A stretch of DNA of 64,000 nt. Source: Macrostomum lignano (lineage: Eukaryota). The stretch spans positions 186,001 through 250,000 of the forward strand of contig NIVC01000273.1 in NCBI GenBank assembly GCA_002269645.1, read 5' to 3'. Made by a program: the position numbers and the translations under genes. Shown in pieces: positions 46,663 to 59,052 of the stretch (its first letter is position 1; each line of letters opens with the position of its first letter). The notes beneath the pieces are model-generated. The model was not told the DNA's origin, searched no databases, and worked only from the letters and a program-made list of their open reading frames with translations.

Positions 46663-47023
46663 TTTGCTTACTCGTTTTTAATGCGTTGGACTTGCGGCGA
46701 ATTCAGTTAAATATACTTTGCAGAAATAAATGGCCAAGGCTAAGGAAGAATTGGATTTTGCATTCAATATTTCTTTTAGAAGAGCGCTAGTGTTGGTTCG
46801 TGTGTCGTATAAGATAAGAAAGGTGAGATTTGTACCTTATCAAACGCCGGCTTGGGCGAGTTGCGTTTCGCTCGTTAGCTCGAACTGACGGAGGAGTATT
46901 ACAGTCCGAGTGTAGGTGGGTGCGTGTAATTTACTAATACTACTAACAAGCGCTGTTAAATACTGAGAAAATACTCAGAGAATGTAACATTTTACTCCGC
47001 TGTGCTCTTTATATTGAAAAAAC

Positions 47024-47368
47024 ATGCCTTCAAAGGGTGAGCTCGTCCTTCGCTACAAGGAGTCAACGGCGAAAGTTAACCACTTTTACGACGAAATCAC
47101 TGCTGTTTGGCCTGAAACTGTATTGAAAGACTTAGATGTCAACATGATTTTGAAGTCGATACCTATAGACTACAAGTTGACAAAGGAACGGGACCTTGTT
47201 GATCTTCTAGACAAGTTGAACGCTGCAAGAAGAAGCCAGGAAGCCGCGGCTGCTGCAACTACGCAACAGGGGATCAAAGCCAATCGAAAAAGAAAATTGG
47301 AGGAGAAGAAGAGCAAAATATTTTCTAGCGTGGGTACCCGCACGCCAACGAGTCAAGAGTTGCTTTAA
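47024..47368 (+). CDS. Hypothetical protein
   Basis: AAAAACATG start; 114 aa with a basic C-terminus. No recognisable motif. Confidence 0.4.
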   Translation: MPSKGELVLRYKESTAKVNHFYDEITAVWPETVLKDLDVNMILKSIPIDYKLTKERDLVDLLDKLNAARRSQEAAAAATTQQGIKANRKRKLEEKKSKIFSSVGTRTPTSQELL

Positions 47369-47511
47369 CTAATATTATCATCTTTTGTTAATGTTCTTCA
47401 TATTATTGTCTGTCCGCTATATGAGAATTTTTTCGGATCGATGGAGCAATCTTATCATCATAAATATATCAGTGAAGATAGGTAAAATTAGTGAATTGTG
47501 ACTTGTGAGAA

Positions 47512-48069
47512 AAAATCACAATTGCTTAATGATTTCTGCAAAGTTATAGTAGCTGTCGCAATTTTTTACGTAGGTTACTCCATACTTAAGAAACCAGTGT
47601 CTTTGGAGAGCTAGATTAATATTAGGGACATTTATTGTCTGGTCTGGCCAATATTTTTTCATGTACTCACTGCATTCTAGTTTGTATCGGTACTTACTCT
47701 TGTAATTAGGCTCGTGCCTTTTGTAAAAAGAACCTGGAGAGACGAATGGAAGCATTTTTAATTCAGAATTAAATTTTTTCAAAGGGTAAGGACCCTGCGC
47801 CGAGGATCTGGTTTCGCATTGCGAATTGAATGTGGGGAGAAGAATGCAGATTATTTTCTGATTGTTTCGAAGATGCTATGGGTGGATGTCGGTGGATTAT
47901 GTCAGTGTCAGGGATAATATGGTTGGATTTAGGTGGATTATGTTCGAAGTTTTCGGAGCAAGTGCGTCCCCCTTTTTTTCTGATTCTGTCGGGGATAATA
48001 TGGATGGATTTATTGGGATTATGGAGGACGTAAAAAAATTGTCCCAAAAGTCCCCTCATGCATTCTACT
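47512..48069 (+). repeat. Putative terminal module copy 3 (includes ORF 47516..47782 on minus), ending CTCATGCATTCTACT
   Basis: Homologous to 3051-3755. Confidence 0.9.
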
Positions 48070-48747
48070 TATGGGGATCAATACAAAACATTATAACCAA
48101 CATTAAACAAGTGCTTAGTGATTGGCGACACCTTCAAATTGCGTGTTGAAGAAATTTCCAAGCATTTTTCAATACTTAGACACAAATAGACAATACTCAC
48201 TCAATACGAGAGTGGATTTTCGACCATCTCGTTCGCTCACCCAACCTACTATTGTTGTATGGTAGCAAAAAAGCAAACAGAACTACCTCCAAGCCCCTCG
48301 TCTTAGTACCACAAAGAGAAAAAGAAGCATTAAAAATGGACGCAGCGAAAAAACGTGCTCAAGTTGAGTTGAGTTAGCATTCTATTGTGCTCAACCTAAA
48401 GCTAAAAGCAAACAGTACGTCGCATAGCACTACTTCAAAAAAATCATTCCCACGGTGCCAGAATGAGAATTTTTTTACCTATTCATTAAGATTTCTATAG
48501 AGCCCAGTATGCCACATTCCATTCTGACCAAACGTGCGACCAAAAAGCTCAACCAAAAAGCTCAACAAAAAAGCTCAACCAAAAAAGTTTTGGATTTGGC
48601 AACCAATAGGAGCAGGCTCACACAAAAAACTATAAAACCTCCAACAATAAGACACAGAAAGCAAAAACTCTGTCGCTTTTTATTGCGCTTTTCTCTCAAG
48701 AGATCTCTCAACAATGCCTACCACTTCCGAGTTAAGAAGACGGTACC

Positions 48748-49110
48748 GTGAAGCAACAACTAAGCTCAATTCTATTACGCAAAAGACAACTATATCCATC
48801 GACGGTTTTTCAATCTTCAATTAGCAAGTTGGAGAGTCTCGACGTCTACTATGGATTCGTCGCAGAAGAACGCTTCCTGGCTTTGCTTAAGCAGTATCTT
48901 ACCTCAAAAAAGTCAGTCATGACAACACAATTAGCATTTGAAGCCAAGACGATCGAGCACCTTAGCCTAGTTGACCTCACAACAGCAGAAGAAACCTACA
49001 AAGAACCACCACCATATCGACCTAGAACAGTGAGAACTCCAAATCTCGACTCGGCACAAAACGAACCACAAGTCTCCGACCAGGTGCACCCTATTGAGTC
49101 CGATTATTGA
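48748..49110 (+). CDS. Hypothetical protein with PPPY motif
   Basis: Open frame; start uncertain; EPPPYRP near the C-terminus. Confidence 0.3.
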   Translation: MKQQLSSILLRKRQLYPSTVFQSSISKLESLDVYYGFVAEERFLALLKQYLTSKKSVMTTQLAFEAKTIEHLSLVDLTTAEETYKEPPPYRPRTVRTPNLDSAQNEPQVSDQVHPIESDY

Positions 49111-49539
49111 TTCACTCAACAAATTACACGAGAATTTTCGATTACATTAAGTTAGAAATTTAAGATCTCTTTGAATAAAAGAAAGCTTCAATTGTGCTTA
49201 AGATGAGTCAGCCTTGTTTTGTGCTTGACACTCTCGTTATTCCAGTCTTACTCATTTTTTATACCCCATAAAAATAGAAGCTGAAGATTAATATAACAAA
49301 GCAACAATATGACAGACTTTGGGTATAGAAATGAAAATGAATACGCACAAGGAAAAGGATTTGCATTTTTTTCTAGGCTCAGTAGGAAATATATCTTTTC
49401 AGAAAGATCCACATTATTTTTTACTAAATTGCCTACTCTGCCAAAGAACAACTCTGAGTCATAATGTAAGGAAAGAGGTCTTGCAGGTTTCAAACAATTA
49501 AAAAAATAGTTTGTGACTTAAAAATGAAAACTACATGGC

Positions 49540-50155
49540 TAAACTTTTCTTAGAAAAATTGAAGATAATAACCCAAATGTACGAAATGCTCTACCACAAA
49601 AAGAATATGATTCTATTATATCATTTCTCAAATCAAAATCCATACTCGAAAGTTTCGACTAATTGCAGCAATTGATAAAGCTTACGGTGAATATAGAGCA
49701 GAAATATTATAACACACTGATTGTAAATTCCCCCCCATATTTGTATTCATTCAGAGTATTTCTTGCACATGTTGATAAATTGGCATTGATTTCGAGACAG
49801 CACATAAGGAATGATGAATTTTTCTTCATGCTGAAATTGAACAATTTGAAAAATTTCAAACTCCCCATAACCTTGACAAGTACATTGAAACCGATAAATT
49901 ATATTGTTAATTTTATTTTTAATAAAATGGAAAGAAAAAATAAAAACGATTCAAATGTCTCTCCTGTGATCATACAGGATCCGTTTCAAAACCATGATGC
50001 ACCACCACCACCAAGATTGACAAATTTAAAACACAAAATCGTACGATAAACTAATTAATCTCTATGGAGAACTTAATTTTAGATTCGGAAGTTGCAGTAT
50101 AGCATGGAATAGTAAAACAAAGAAAAAAAATACCATCAAGAATGCCAACCACAGA
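49540..50155 (+). pseudogene. Third, more diverged fragment of the 114-aa ORF plus primase N-terminus
   Basis: Aligns by eye to about 15160-15755; broken at 50155 by the inverted terminal module. Confidence 0.85.
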
Positions 50156-50630
50156 AGTAGAATGCATGAGCACTTGTTCCGAAAACTTCGAATATACATG
50201 TAATCTTCCTAAATACATCCATATTATCCCTGAATCAGAAAAAAAGGGGTCACACTTGCTCCGAAAGCTTCGCACAAAATCCTCCTAAATCTATTCATAT
50301 TAGCATAACAGTGTCCTACATAATCCACTGACATCCACTCATAGCATCTTCGAAACAATCAGAAATAATATGCATTCTTCTCCCCACATTCAATTCGCGA
50401 AACCAGATTCCTAATACTTTAAATCCTCAGCGCAGGTTCTTATTACATAGCGCACGAGCCTAATTACAAGAGTAAATACCATTGCAAACTTGAATGCAGT
50501 GAGTACATGACAAAATATTGGCCCGACGTTGATATCAATGTCCCTAATATTTATCTAGCTCTCCAAAGACACTGGTTTCTTAAGTATGGAGTAGTTACTA
50601 TAACTTTGCAGAAATCATTAGGCAATTGTA
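50156..50630 (-). repeat. Putative terminal module copy 4 (inverted, internally deleted), starting AGTAGAATGCATGAG
   Basis: Reverse complement of the 3051-3755 family. Confidence 0.85.
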
Positions 50631-51043
50631 GAATGTCATTACAATACGCTTTAAGACTTTTAGACTGCATTAATAGATATTTTTACGCATAGTATGTTGC
50701 TGTGTGGCGGGTGGGTGATGAGCGGAATGGGTGGCAGCTGTTTCTTGTTATAGCGCGAGCGGCGTTGGTAGCAACTCCCAGTTGGCACTTATTGGTTGCA
50801 TTAATTTGACGAACGTTCGTAAAAATCATGTGCAGCATAGAAAAAAAGCTTGCCCAGCTCAAGGATCCCTTAACTAGCTCAAAGGATCCCTTGCCTAGCT
50901 TCAGAAACGCCCATTTAGTTCCTTGTTTAAACCCCCAGCCTTCTCAACCCCCAGCTCTTTCAGCAGTCTTCCTAGTTCTTAACTTGGCTCATGCAATTCA
51001 AAACCCGCCTTTTTCTCAGGGAACCCCAATCATCCATTAATAT

Positions 51044-51190
51044 AAAATCTGCGGTTTTCCCTTCTAGAATTCGAATTCTAGAATATTCTAGAATAAAAAG
51101 AGAATCCATGGATTCCCGAGCCCACACCAATGGTATATAAACAGCCGATTCACACCGCCCCTCGCCTCACCCTACCTGCTCCGCCTCGCC
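51044..51190 (+). promoter_or_regulatory. TATA-containing promoter-like cassette, copy 2
   Basis: Near-identical to 30657-30803; TATATAAA at 51134. Confidence 0.6.
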
Positions 51191-51254
51191 CCGCCTCACC
51201 TCGCCGCGCCAGCAACTTCTTATTTTTTGACTTGCTTAATCTCCGGATCTTGCC

Positions 51255-51855
51255 ATGGATGTTGAAATGCGAGCAGGCGACAACGTTTACATCGAAAATC
51301 TGGAGAACTTCATCAAGGCAGTTTTTTCTAGTAAAGATCTTGACAATTGGAATGTTTGGTTCGATAAATATAATGCAATTGCTCGGACACCCATCGCGAA
51401 GCAGACTATCATCGGTCGACTAGCAAAAAACTGCCGGCAAGCAATCACAAATCAGCAAGGCTCTGGACGAGTTGCGCATGGCCTACAAGGCCAACGGTGA
51501 GCCTGCGCCAGGGCATTCTCTAGAAGAATTTAAGCAGGGAGCATTCACGATCGACGCGGTGCTTATACAGATTGCTAACCTCAATAAACTAGTTGAACGG
51601 CATGGTAAGCATGGCTTTGCAAACGGCCTACAGCTCGGCAGGATCTTTCTGAGAATGGAGCGGGTTCTCAGTAAGGAACAGTTCAACGAGCTGAAAAGAC
51701 GTGCACCGTTCACCAGCCAGTGGACCTACTTTCTGATGAAATTGGCTGACCAGGCTGGGAAATACCCGGTGCTACGAAGATCTGCAATGTTACTGCACAA
51801 GCTGAAGTCGATGATGGCATACTTGCCAGAGGCCCTGGCGAAGCTGCAACAGTAA
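51255..51855 (+). pseudogene. Hypothetical protein (ORFs 51255..51500 and 51472..51855, probable frameshift), paralog of 32207..32796
   Basis: Overlapping ORFs; C-terminal similarity to 32512..32796. Confidence 0.55.
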
Positions 51856-51859
51856 GTGG

Positions 51860-52357
51860 ACTTTGGAGAGATAGATTAATATTAGGGACATTGATATCAA
51901 CGTCGGGCCAATATTTTCTCATGTACTCACTGCATTCAAGTTTGCAATGGTACTTACTCTTGTAATTAGGCTCGTGCGCTATGTAATAAGAACCTGGAGA
52001 GACGATTGGAAACATTTTTAGAGAAAATTTATATTTTTTTCGGAGCGCCCTGCGCTGAGGATTTAAAGTATTAGAAAATCTGGTTTCGCGAATTGAATGT
52101 GGGGAGAAGAATGCAGATTATTTCTGATTGTTTCAAAGATGCTATGAGTGGATGTCAGTGGATTATTTAGGACACTGTTATGCTAATATGAATAGATTTA
52201 GGAGGATTTTGTGCGAAGCTTTCGGAGCAAGTGTGACCCCCTTTTTTCTGATTCTGTCGGGGATAATATGGATGGATTTAATGGAACTATGTTCGAAGTT
52301 TTCGGAGCAAGTGTGACCCCCTTTTTCTGATTCTGTCGGGGATAATATGGATGGATT
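51860..52357 (+). repeat. Putative terminal module copy 5 (both ends truncated)
   Basis: Homologous to about 3140-3700; ends where the 52358 mini-element begins. Confidence 0.85.
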
Positions 52358-52652
52358 GTAGTTTGTAAAATTACCGGACTATATCTGAGAGCCCTTTTTA
52401 AATCGACATTTAGACGTCTATTGGGGGAGTCTGGAGGGGGCACTAAAAAACACTAAAAAAACACCATTTAACCAATTTAATCAACCCAAAATCAGCAAAA
52501 TTACCACAATACACAAATCACCAAAACCAACTTTTAAAAAACACAAGACAATCAGATTCTTACCAACTAAACCCCCAGACTTCCCCACTAGACGTCTAAA
52601 TGTCGATATTAACCACAACTCCAACTCTAGTCCGGTAATTTTACATACTACT
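52358..52652. mobile_element. About 295-bp miniature element with TIR GTAGT(T/A)TGTAAAATTACCGGACTA plus an inner inverted repeat
   Basis: 52358-52381 vs 52628-52651 (one mismatch); atcgacatttagacgtcta..gtctgg (about 52403-52440) vs its complement at about 52573-52610. Confidence 0.8.
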
Positions 52653-53231
52653 ACCTAACCAACACATCTAACAACTACAGCACATCTAACATTCCAACAC
52701 ATCTAACACTTCCAACACAACCAACAGATAGAAAAACTTACTTACCCCCGCCCGTGCCGCAGGCACGCGGACGAAGTCCGACCGCCCCGAAGGGGCTTGG
52801 GGTAGACAAGAGCTTTTTTTAAACTGATTCATAGGAAAGTAACGCTTAACAAAAAGTTACTCTCATAGTCACTATTGTTCATTTTTTCACAGAGAAAGGA
52901 AGCAACACAACTAGCTCAAACTGACTCACGCGCAGGGGGTGCAGAAAAAAGCTACCCGCGTGATTCAGAACTATAGTTAGTTGAGAAGCTGAGCACCACA
53001 CACTACACACTTGTTGAGACGTGTTTTTTCAATAAAAGCAGACTGTCTCAGTGTAGTCTGTAGTTCAAGAAGTACGAGTAATTTGTAGTTTCCGCTAGCT
53101 TGCAAAATCTTGCTGCAGCAGGAATTGAACGCCCACTCTGTCCCCAACTCTATAAAAACCACAGTAATCAACCCCGTTCTAGCTTATCTCTTAGAAAAAA
53201 CGATTGAGCTTTTATTAAACATTATCTAAAA

Positions 53232-54072
53232 ATGGCTTTTTCTATGGATAAAAAGCGTCCTAGTAGGATTGTCGCCTCAATTAAAAGCATTAGCTCTAAA
53301 GACCAAGCCAGCTCTGCAGTTGTAGTTAGCCGCATGTCTGAAGAGGAGCAGGACTTGCTCTTAAAGCAGCTGGTGAAAATTGAAGCCGAGTCCGAAGACC
53401 GGGAGAAGAAAGAGAAGAAAAAAGAGGCCGATGCTAAAAGCATTAGAGAAAGTCGATTCATTGGTCGTCTTATTGAAAAAATGAGACAAGTGCAAAACGA
53501 AAGCTTTACCATCAAAACTCGGTAAGTTAAATTTTTTCGAATATTTTCCCTCAATGAAAAACAATTTCCACTACTTAGTTCGTTTCATTTTAGGTTCAAC
53601 AACGCTAAGGAACTGTGCACCGCTCCAGTTGGCACCGATGAAGCTCAAATGATTGAACAATTCAATCACCTGGAAATGTATCGCGAACATGGAAGTATTA
53701 GGATGTTTTGCCCGAAAGAAACAAGCGGAATTTGTTGTCGCAATGCGCGAAAAACTCGTCCTGAGCATCGAAGGCGTTTCGAAAAAACTGGCGATTGACG
53801 TAAAGTTCACCCAGCGCCTATTTACTTTTTTGGCGCTAATAACAGCGTACCCACTGCTGGTAATTTCTGGGTATTCTTTTGAAACCCTGCTGACTTTCAA
53901 AAAGGCAATTGAGAACCGAGCATCAGAAGACGAGAATTTCCGATGCAGCCTTGAACGCAACATCAACTATCACTTCGAAGGAGAGGACGATGATTTAATG
54001 CTTGATGACGCGGAAGAAGACACAATTTCCGCCATCTTAAGTGAAATGGAGGCGTCCACCATCCATGAATAA
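53232..54072 (+). pseudogene. Spliced paralog of 30837..31799 (intron 53522-53593), frameshift near 53688
   Basis: GTAAGT donor and TTTTAG acceptor at the same T-R/F-N-N-A junction; EVLGC.A.KKQAE, QRLFTF, SGYS.ETLLTFKK.IE and ENFRC.LE are shared. Confidence 0.75.
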
Positions 54073-55348
54073 AATTTTGACAAATATCCAGAAAAAATTC
54101 TGGATTTCCAAAAACACATTGAGTGTATATGACTACTATCATTGAATAAAAAGCTTCTATTGTGCTTCAGCGGGGCAGGTCATTGTGCCATCGGGCGCAG
54201 CCCGCGAACCATAGGTTCATTTTTGGATAGGGAATCTTTTGTATTTGCGTCTTCTTTATTCTCTATACAAAAAGAGTAAGAAAAAGAGCTATAAAATAAA
54301 ATCACTCGAGATGCATTTATACTCGCCTTTTTAGTGTCTGCAGCTTCATTTTTCTGTTACTAAAAATAGACAAAAATGACACACATAACACAAGCACGTT
54401 ATACGTTCGTTCTATGGCCTCATAACCAAATACCCAGCTCTGCAGGCAACTGGCTACGCTTTTGAAACGCTGCTCTTTGAAAGGTGGCCATTGAAAAGTT
54501 TGCGTCCGAAGATCCAAACTATGACTGCAGGATAACGGCGCCTATTACCATTCGATTCGAAGGAGAAGACGATGACGAAGACACCCTACTTGCTGAAAGC
54601 ATGTCGGGCATTTCTACGAATACTATGAGGGAGTAGTTTTTAATAGCTAACTTAAAAACATTGAATGGACAATAAGCACTAGCCACTTTTTATAGTTTGT
54701 AATTTTTTAATGTTCAGAATAATGATATAAAATACACAATCTTTATGTCTACCCTATTCTTTTGTGCCTCCAGTCGTCTCTTTTTCTATTCAATATTACT
54801 AAAAATAGACAAAAATGGCACACTATACACAATAATACAATTTGAATGAATTGCAAGTAGGAGACCCAGTAGAGTATCGTGGAGAAAATGGGTGGTAGTT
54901 TTGTTATAGCTGACTGAATATCTAAAGCGTTTCCTAGAAATAATGGTTTACTGAAGACCACTTTATATATAAAAAATTACTATTGTAAAATTGGATGACA
55001 CTTTCAAATTTTATATACCTGAAATTGCATTGAATTGACCCGTGAATCCAATTTTTCTCATGGTTTTACTCACGAAATCGTGAAAATTGCATTTTTCAAA
55101 ATTTTTGAAAATCACAAAAAATCGCTGTTTTCAGACCATTTTCACCTGTCATTTTTACTTATTTTTAGGGATTTTCAAAATGAGTGAGGGCATGAGGGCG
55201 AGGGCATCCCAGTAGGGCACTCCAGTACCCCAGTGGTTTTTACCGACTTTATTTAATCCTACAACTGCAAAACACGCCATTATTCCTTATATTATTCATT
55301 TTTAAGAGTCTTACAGCATTATGGGATTTGCAGAGCGTTTTTTCATAA

Positions 55349-55876
55349 AAAAATAAATATTTTGCCGCCAGGGAAGAAATCCACCATTGCCCAATATATC
55401 GACAGGACAGGGTATGGTGCATCCTGTGCGGCCAACTACCGCTCGTAAAATTGTGCCCGGACGGTCATTGGACGTGCAATGACTGCCTGCGACTTCTCGC
55501 TTGTCGCGCTATCGGCCACTGTAGCCAATGTGGTTGGAATCTCCTACCGACCACCCTTGCCATCACATCTACAATACATTACGAGCCTACTCTATGGATA
55601 TCCGCCGGCTGTATTCCGAGGCTGACTACGATGCAATTGACGCGGGCTATAAAAACATCGCCCGCCACAATGGCCCACGCAAAGGCCCGGGAGAATCTGC
55701 TGCGGATCAGCCGGGAGATAACGCTGGATGCGACAATTACTAGCGAGACGGATGCCTACCTCGCCATCCTCAATCGCACAGAGGAACCCAGCTATACCCA
55801 ATTGCAAATCCTGTTTGGACCTCTGGCGGCGCTCATAATTCGGCTGAAATCCGCCATCAACGACATCTTCGCCTAA
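55349..55876 (+). CDS. RING-HC (C3HC4)-like zinc finger protein
   Basis: Frame open upstream of the listed TTG: CILC-x8-CPDGH-x2-CNDC-x11-CSQC. Start codon not evident. Confidence 0.6.
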   Translation, partial: KNKYFAAREEIHHCPIYRQDRVWCILCGQLPLVKLCPDGHWTCNDCLRLLACRAIGHCSQCGWNLLPTTLAITSTIHYEPTLWISAGCIPRLTTMQLTRAIKTSPATMAHAKARENLLRISREITLDATITSETDAYLAILNRTEEPSYTQLQILFGPLAALIIRLKSAINDIFA

Positions 55877-56209
55877 CTGACAAACTAGTTACACACCAAC
55901 ATTATGAATTACCTCTATTATAGGCAGTACTTAATTCACTAATTACTATGCCCGTATGGCTTATTGCTTCTTGCTCGTTACGTAAACTACAATAATCAGC
56001 CTCCACTATATGTTCCGGTCAACACTACTCATTGTTCTATACCTAAAATACAAGCCTGTACGCTTCACTTGAATTAAATTGAATTTAGGTAAAGTTACTT
56101 TACGTGAATTTCACTTCAATTAAAATTCGAGACGAATTTTTCGTAAAAAGGGGAGATATTGTAGAGATCTTCAAACACAGTAGCCTACTAAAAGTAGTAA
56201 CATAAAGTT

Positions 56210-58447
56210 ATGAATACAAATTTAAAAATAGCTATGTGTCATACTCTATTTTTAGTAATACCAGTCATATCACGCAAACAGCGAGTGGCTATGCTATTGT
56301 TCGAAAAAACCGGTTCTCGACATATATTTTTAGAACTTCCAAATATGGTAAATTTTAACCTGAATGTGACCCAAGTCTCACCACTTTCTATTCAAAAACC
56401 CCACCTGTCAAATAATAAAATTCCTTTCGTGAACTCATCAAAAAACCGGTTTTGAGCTCAAGGTCGACTCAAGGCCGAAAAATTGTGTATAAATACAAAC
56501 GCAAAATCCGAGCTGAAATCTCAGACTCGGAGCAGCCTCCAAAGATCTTGGGCTTTGCAAGAGCAGCCAACGAGGCTATATCTCTGAGGAAGAGATAAAC
56601 ACCAATTGGTAAGCTTTGTTCAAGTCTTCGTTATTTTGATTATTGAGAGCGATTGTTATTGCCGGCCGATACTGTTCAGTTGATTTTATTGAGTCTATTG
56701 AGTTTGAGGCCTCCCTTTTCCTAAGGGACTGGATAGGATCTGCGGACCGATTCCGATACCCTTAGAGGGTTATCGATTGATTGATTTTGGTTATCATAGA
56801 TTAACCGATAGGAGCACACGACTCCGATTCCGTTAGTTCTAGAAGAAGACGCCCTTTCTGGAAAACCTCGTATAGAAGTTGATTTTGTTAGTAGGGCGCA
56901 TCGTTGATATTGATTTCTGCACTCGAGGAATACATTGAATTCTGCACCCGAAGAAATACTGCGACGTCGATTTAATTGTTACGCTCTCACTTTCGGCCGA
57001 TTCTAGACTTCAAGAAGACTACCCAGGGAGGAACAGCTCTAAGGAGACGAGCTCTACAGACACGCGCGACAAAGAAGAGGAGCCCGCAACAGTAAGTGAT
57101 CACTGATTTTGTTCCCAGGCTTAAGTGTCTGGAAGTGGGAGTTTTCGGGAGACTGATCACCTCCCGAATCAACTCTTCACTGTATTCCACCGAAGCCGCT
57201 AACCGTTTTGGAACGGTTATGTACACCGGTGAGGAGTCTGTCGGGGTCTATACCTGGCAGAAATATCTAGGAGAGAGTATAGAAGAAGCAAGAAACGCCG
57301 ATAGTAATGTGAACTATTTCCAAGTAGTATGTGCGCTAGCGAACATGTTACAGACGCAGCTATTAATTATGAAGGCGTCAACGGAGGACATTAGGCACAA
57401 CCAGATGATGTACCTGGCGATTATCGAAGGAAAGCTGGGTTATCTGTGCCGGTGTAGAGATTTCCAAATAAGATACAAAGTAGACTACTATAAGTAGCAA
57501 CATGAAGATGCGAAAAACTCGAATGTTACAAAAACTGCAAATTGTCATACTCTATTTTTAAAGACCACGAAAACAACAAGTGACCATCTTTTGCAACATT
57601 TAAATTTAGAACTCCGAATATGGTATCGGCGCTCAAAGCTAATGTATTCCATAGGGGTCAAATTTCCAAAGCGCGAAACTGTCACCTACTAAAAATAAGC
57701 TGTTTCTCAACAATTTTTCCTATAAATACAAGCCAAAATCCGAGCTAAAAATCTCAGACTCGGAGCAGCCTCAAAAGATCTTGGGACTCGGAGCAGCCTC
57801 TAAAGATCTTGGAGCTTGCTGGAACAGCTAAGCGAGGCTACATCTCTGAGAGAGAAGTAAACCAATTGGTGAGCCGTTGCTCGAGCTTTTGTTATTGATT
57901 TTGAGAGCGATTTATTGCCGGACGCTAATGTCCAGTCGATTTGACTGAGTTCATTGAATTTGAGGCCTCCCATTTTCCTAAGGGATTGGATAGGATCTGC
58001 GGACCGATTCCGATACCCTTAGAGGATTATCGATTGATTGATTTTGGTTATCCTAGATTAACCGATAGGAGCACACGACTCCGATTCCATTATTTCTAGA
58101 AGAAGACGCCCTTCTTGGAGGACCTCGTTGTTGTTACAGAAAGTAGATTTTATTACAAGGGCGCATCGTTGATATTGATTACTGAGCTCAAGGCCTATAT
58201 TGATTTGCATTCGAGAAATACTGCGACGTCGCCTGATTTGATCGTCACGCTCTCATTCGGCCGATTTAAGACTTCAAGAAGATTCCTCCGGAGAAGAAGA
58301 AGATTTGAAGAAACGAGCTCGGAGAACCTGCACTACACAGAAGAGGAGCCCGCAACAGTAAATGATCACTTTATTTTGTTCCCAGGCTTAAGTGTCTGGA
58401 AGTGGGAGTTTTCGGGAGACTGATCACCTCCCGAATCAACTCTTCAC
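56210..58447 (+). repeat. Two diverged direct copies (about 56210-57180 and 57520-58447) of a ~1-kb TATA/intron-like cassette
   Basis: TATAAATA at 56488 and 57721; accaattg/GT donors at 56609 and 57869; ttttgttcccAG at 57118 and 58385; shared end aatcaactcttcac. Confidence 0.85.
57219..57497 (+). CDS. Hypothetical 92-aa protein downstream of cassette 1
   Basis: First ATG after the repeat end; fills the unique spacer between the two copies. Confidence 0.45.
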   Translation: MYTGEESVGVYTWQKYLGESIEEARNADSNVNYFQVVCALANMLQTQLLIMKASTEDIRHNQMMYLAIIEGKLGYLCRCRDFQIRYKVDYYK

Positions 58448-58495
58448 CGGGTCCTACTTAGAATTGATATACCAGAGGAATTTAAGGACCCAACA

Positions 58496-59035
58496 ATGTC
58501 TACATCTAGTGCTAATGATTATTCGTACGTAGAGGGTAAGGTTAGGTGGTCGATAACAATCGGCCAACTATCTTCGCAGAGCCGCATTCATCTGCAGACG
58601 GAGTTATTGGGATACGCCTCTACCATCATGACGCCGCTAAATATGGCCATACTATACGATTTTATTGGTAACCTGCAGGCTCAAATGAAGTCAAAAGACC
58701 AGAAATCGGTAGAGTTAGATGTTAACACTCTACTAGCCATTAATGCCTCAGCGTTTAGTTATGTATCACCAGCTGTAACACTACCGAAGCCAGACTATAA
58801 TAAGCCGGCAGAACTCATCTTTTCGAAGAATGTCGATAGATCGAGTCTTTCTTATCAACTGGCCAAGACAATGATAGAATGTAATCAAGTAATAGCAAAA
58901 GCTATTACAAAGGCCAACGCGAATTTTACAAAATTACAGATGCAGCTTTCGCAGCCAGGAGTGTCCGAAACAGGATTAAGCGCCCACGCTCTAAACAATG
59001 AAAGAAGAGCTGTATTCCAAAACAGGGCCGACTAG
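58496..59035 (+). CDS. Hypothetical 179-aa protein downstream of cassette 2
   Basis: acaATG start; intact ORF; helical C-terminus. Confidence 0.6.
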   Translation: MSTSSANDYSYVEGKVRWSITIGQLSSQSRIHLQTELLGYASTIMTPLNMAILYDFIGNLQAQMKSKDQKSVELDVNTLLAINASAFSYVSPAVTLPKPDYNKPAELIFSKNVDRSSLSYQLAKTMIECNQVIAKAITKANANFTKLQMQLSQPGVSETGLSAHALNNERRAVFQNRAD

Positions 59036-59052
59036 ATTCATCGACAAAGAAT

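Noticed and set aside
56210-58447. LTR retrotransposon/TRIM or DIRS/Ngaro element
   Set aside because: No TG..CA ends, PBS, PPT or TSD; no RT or tyrosine recombinase nearby.
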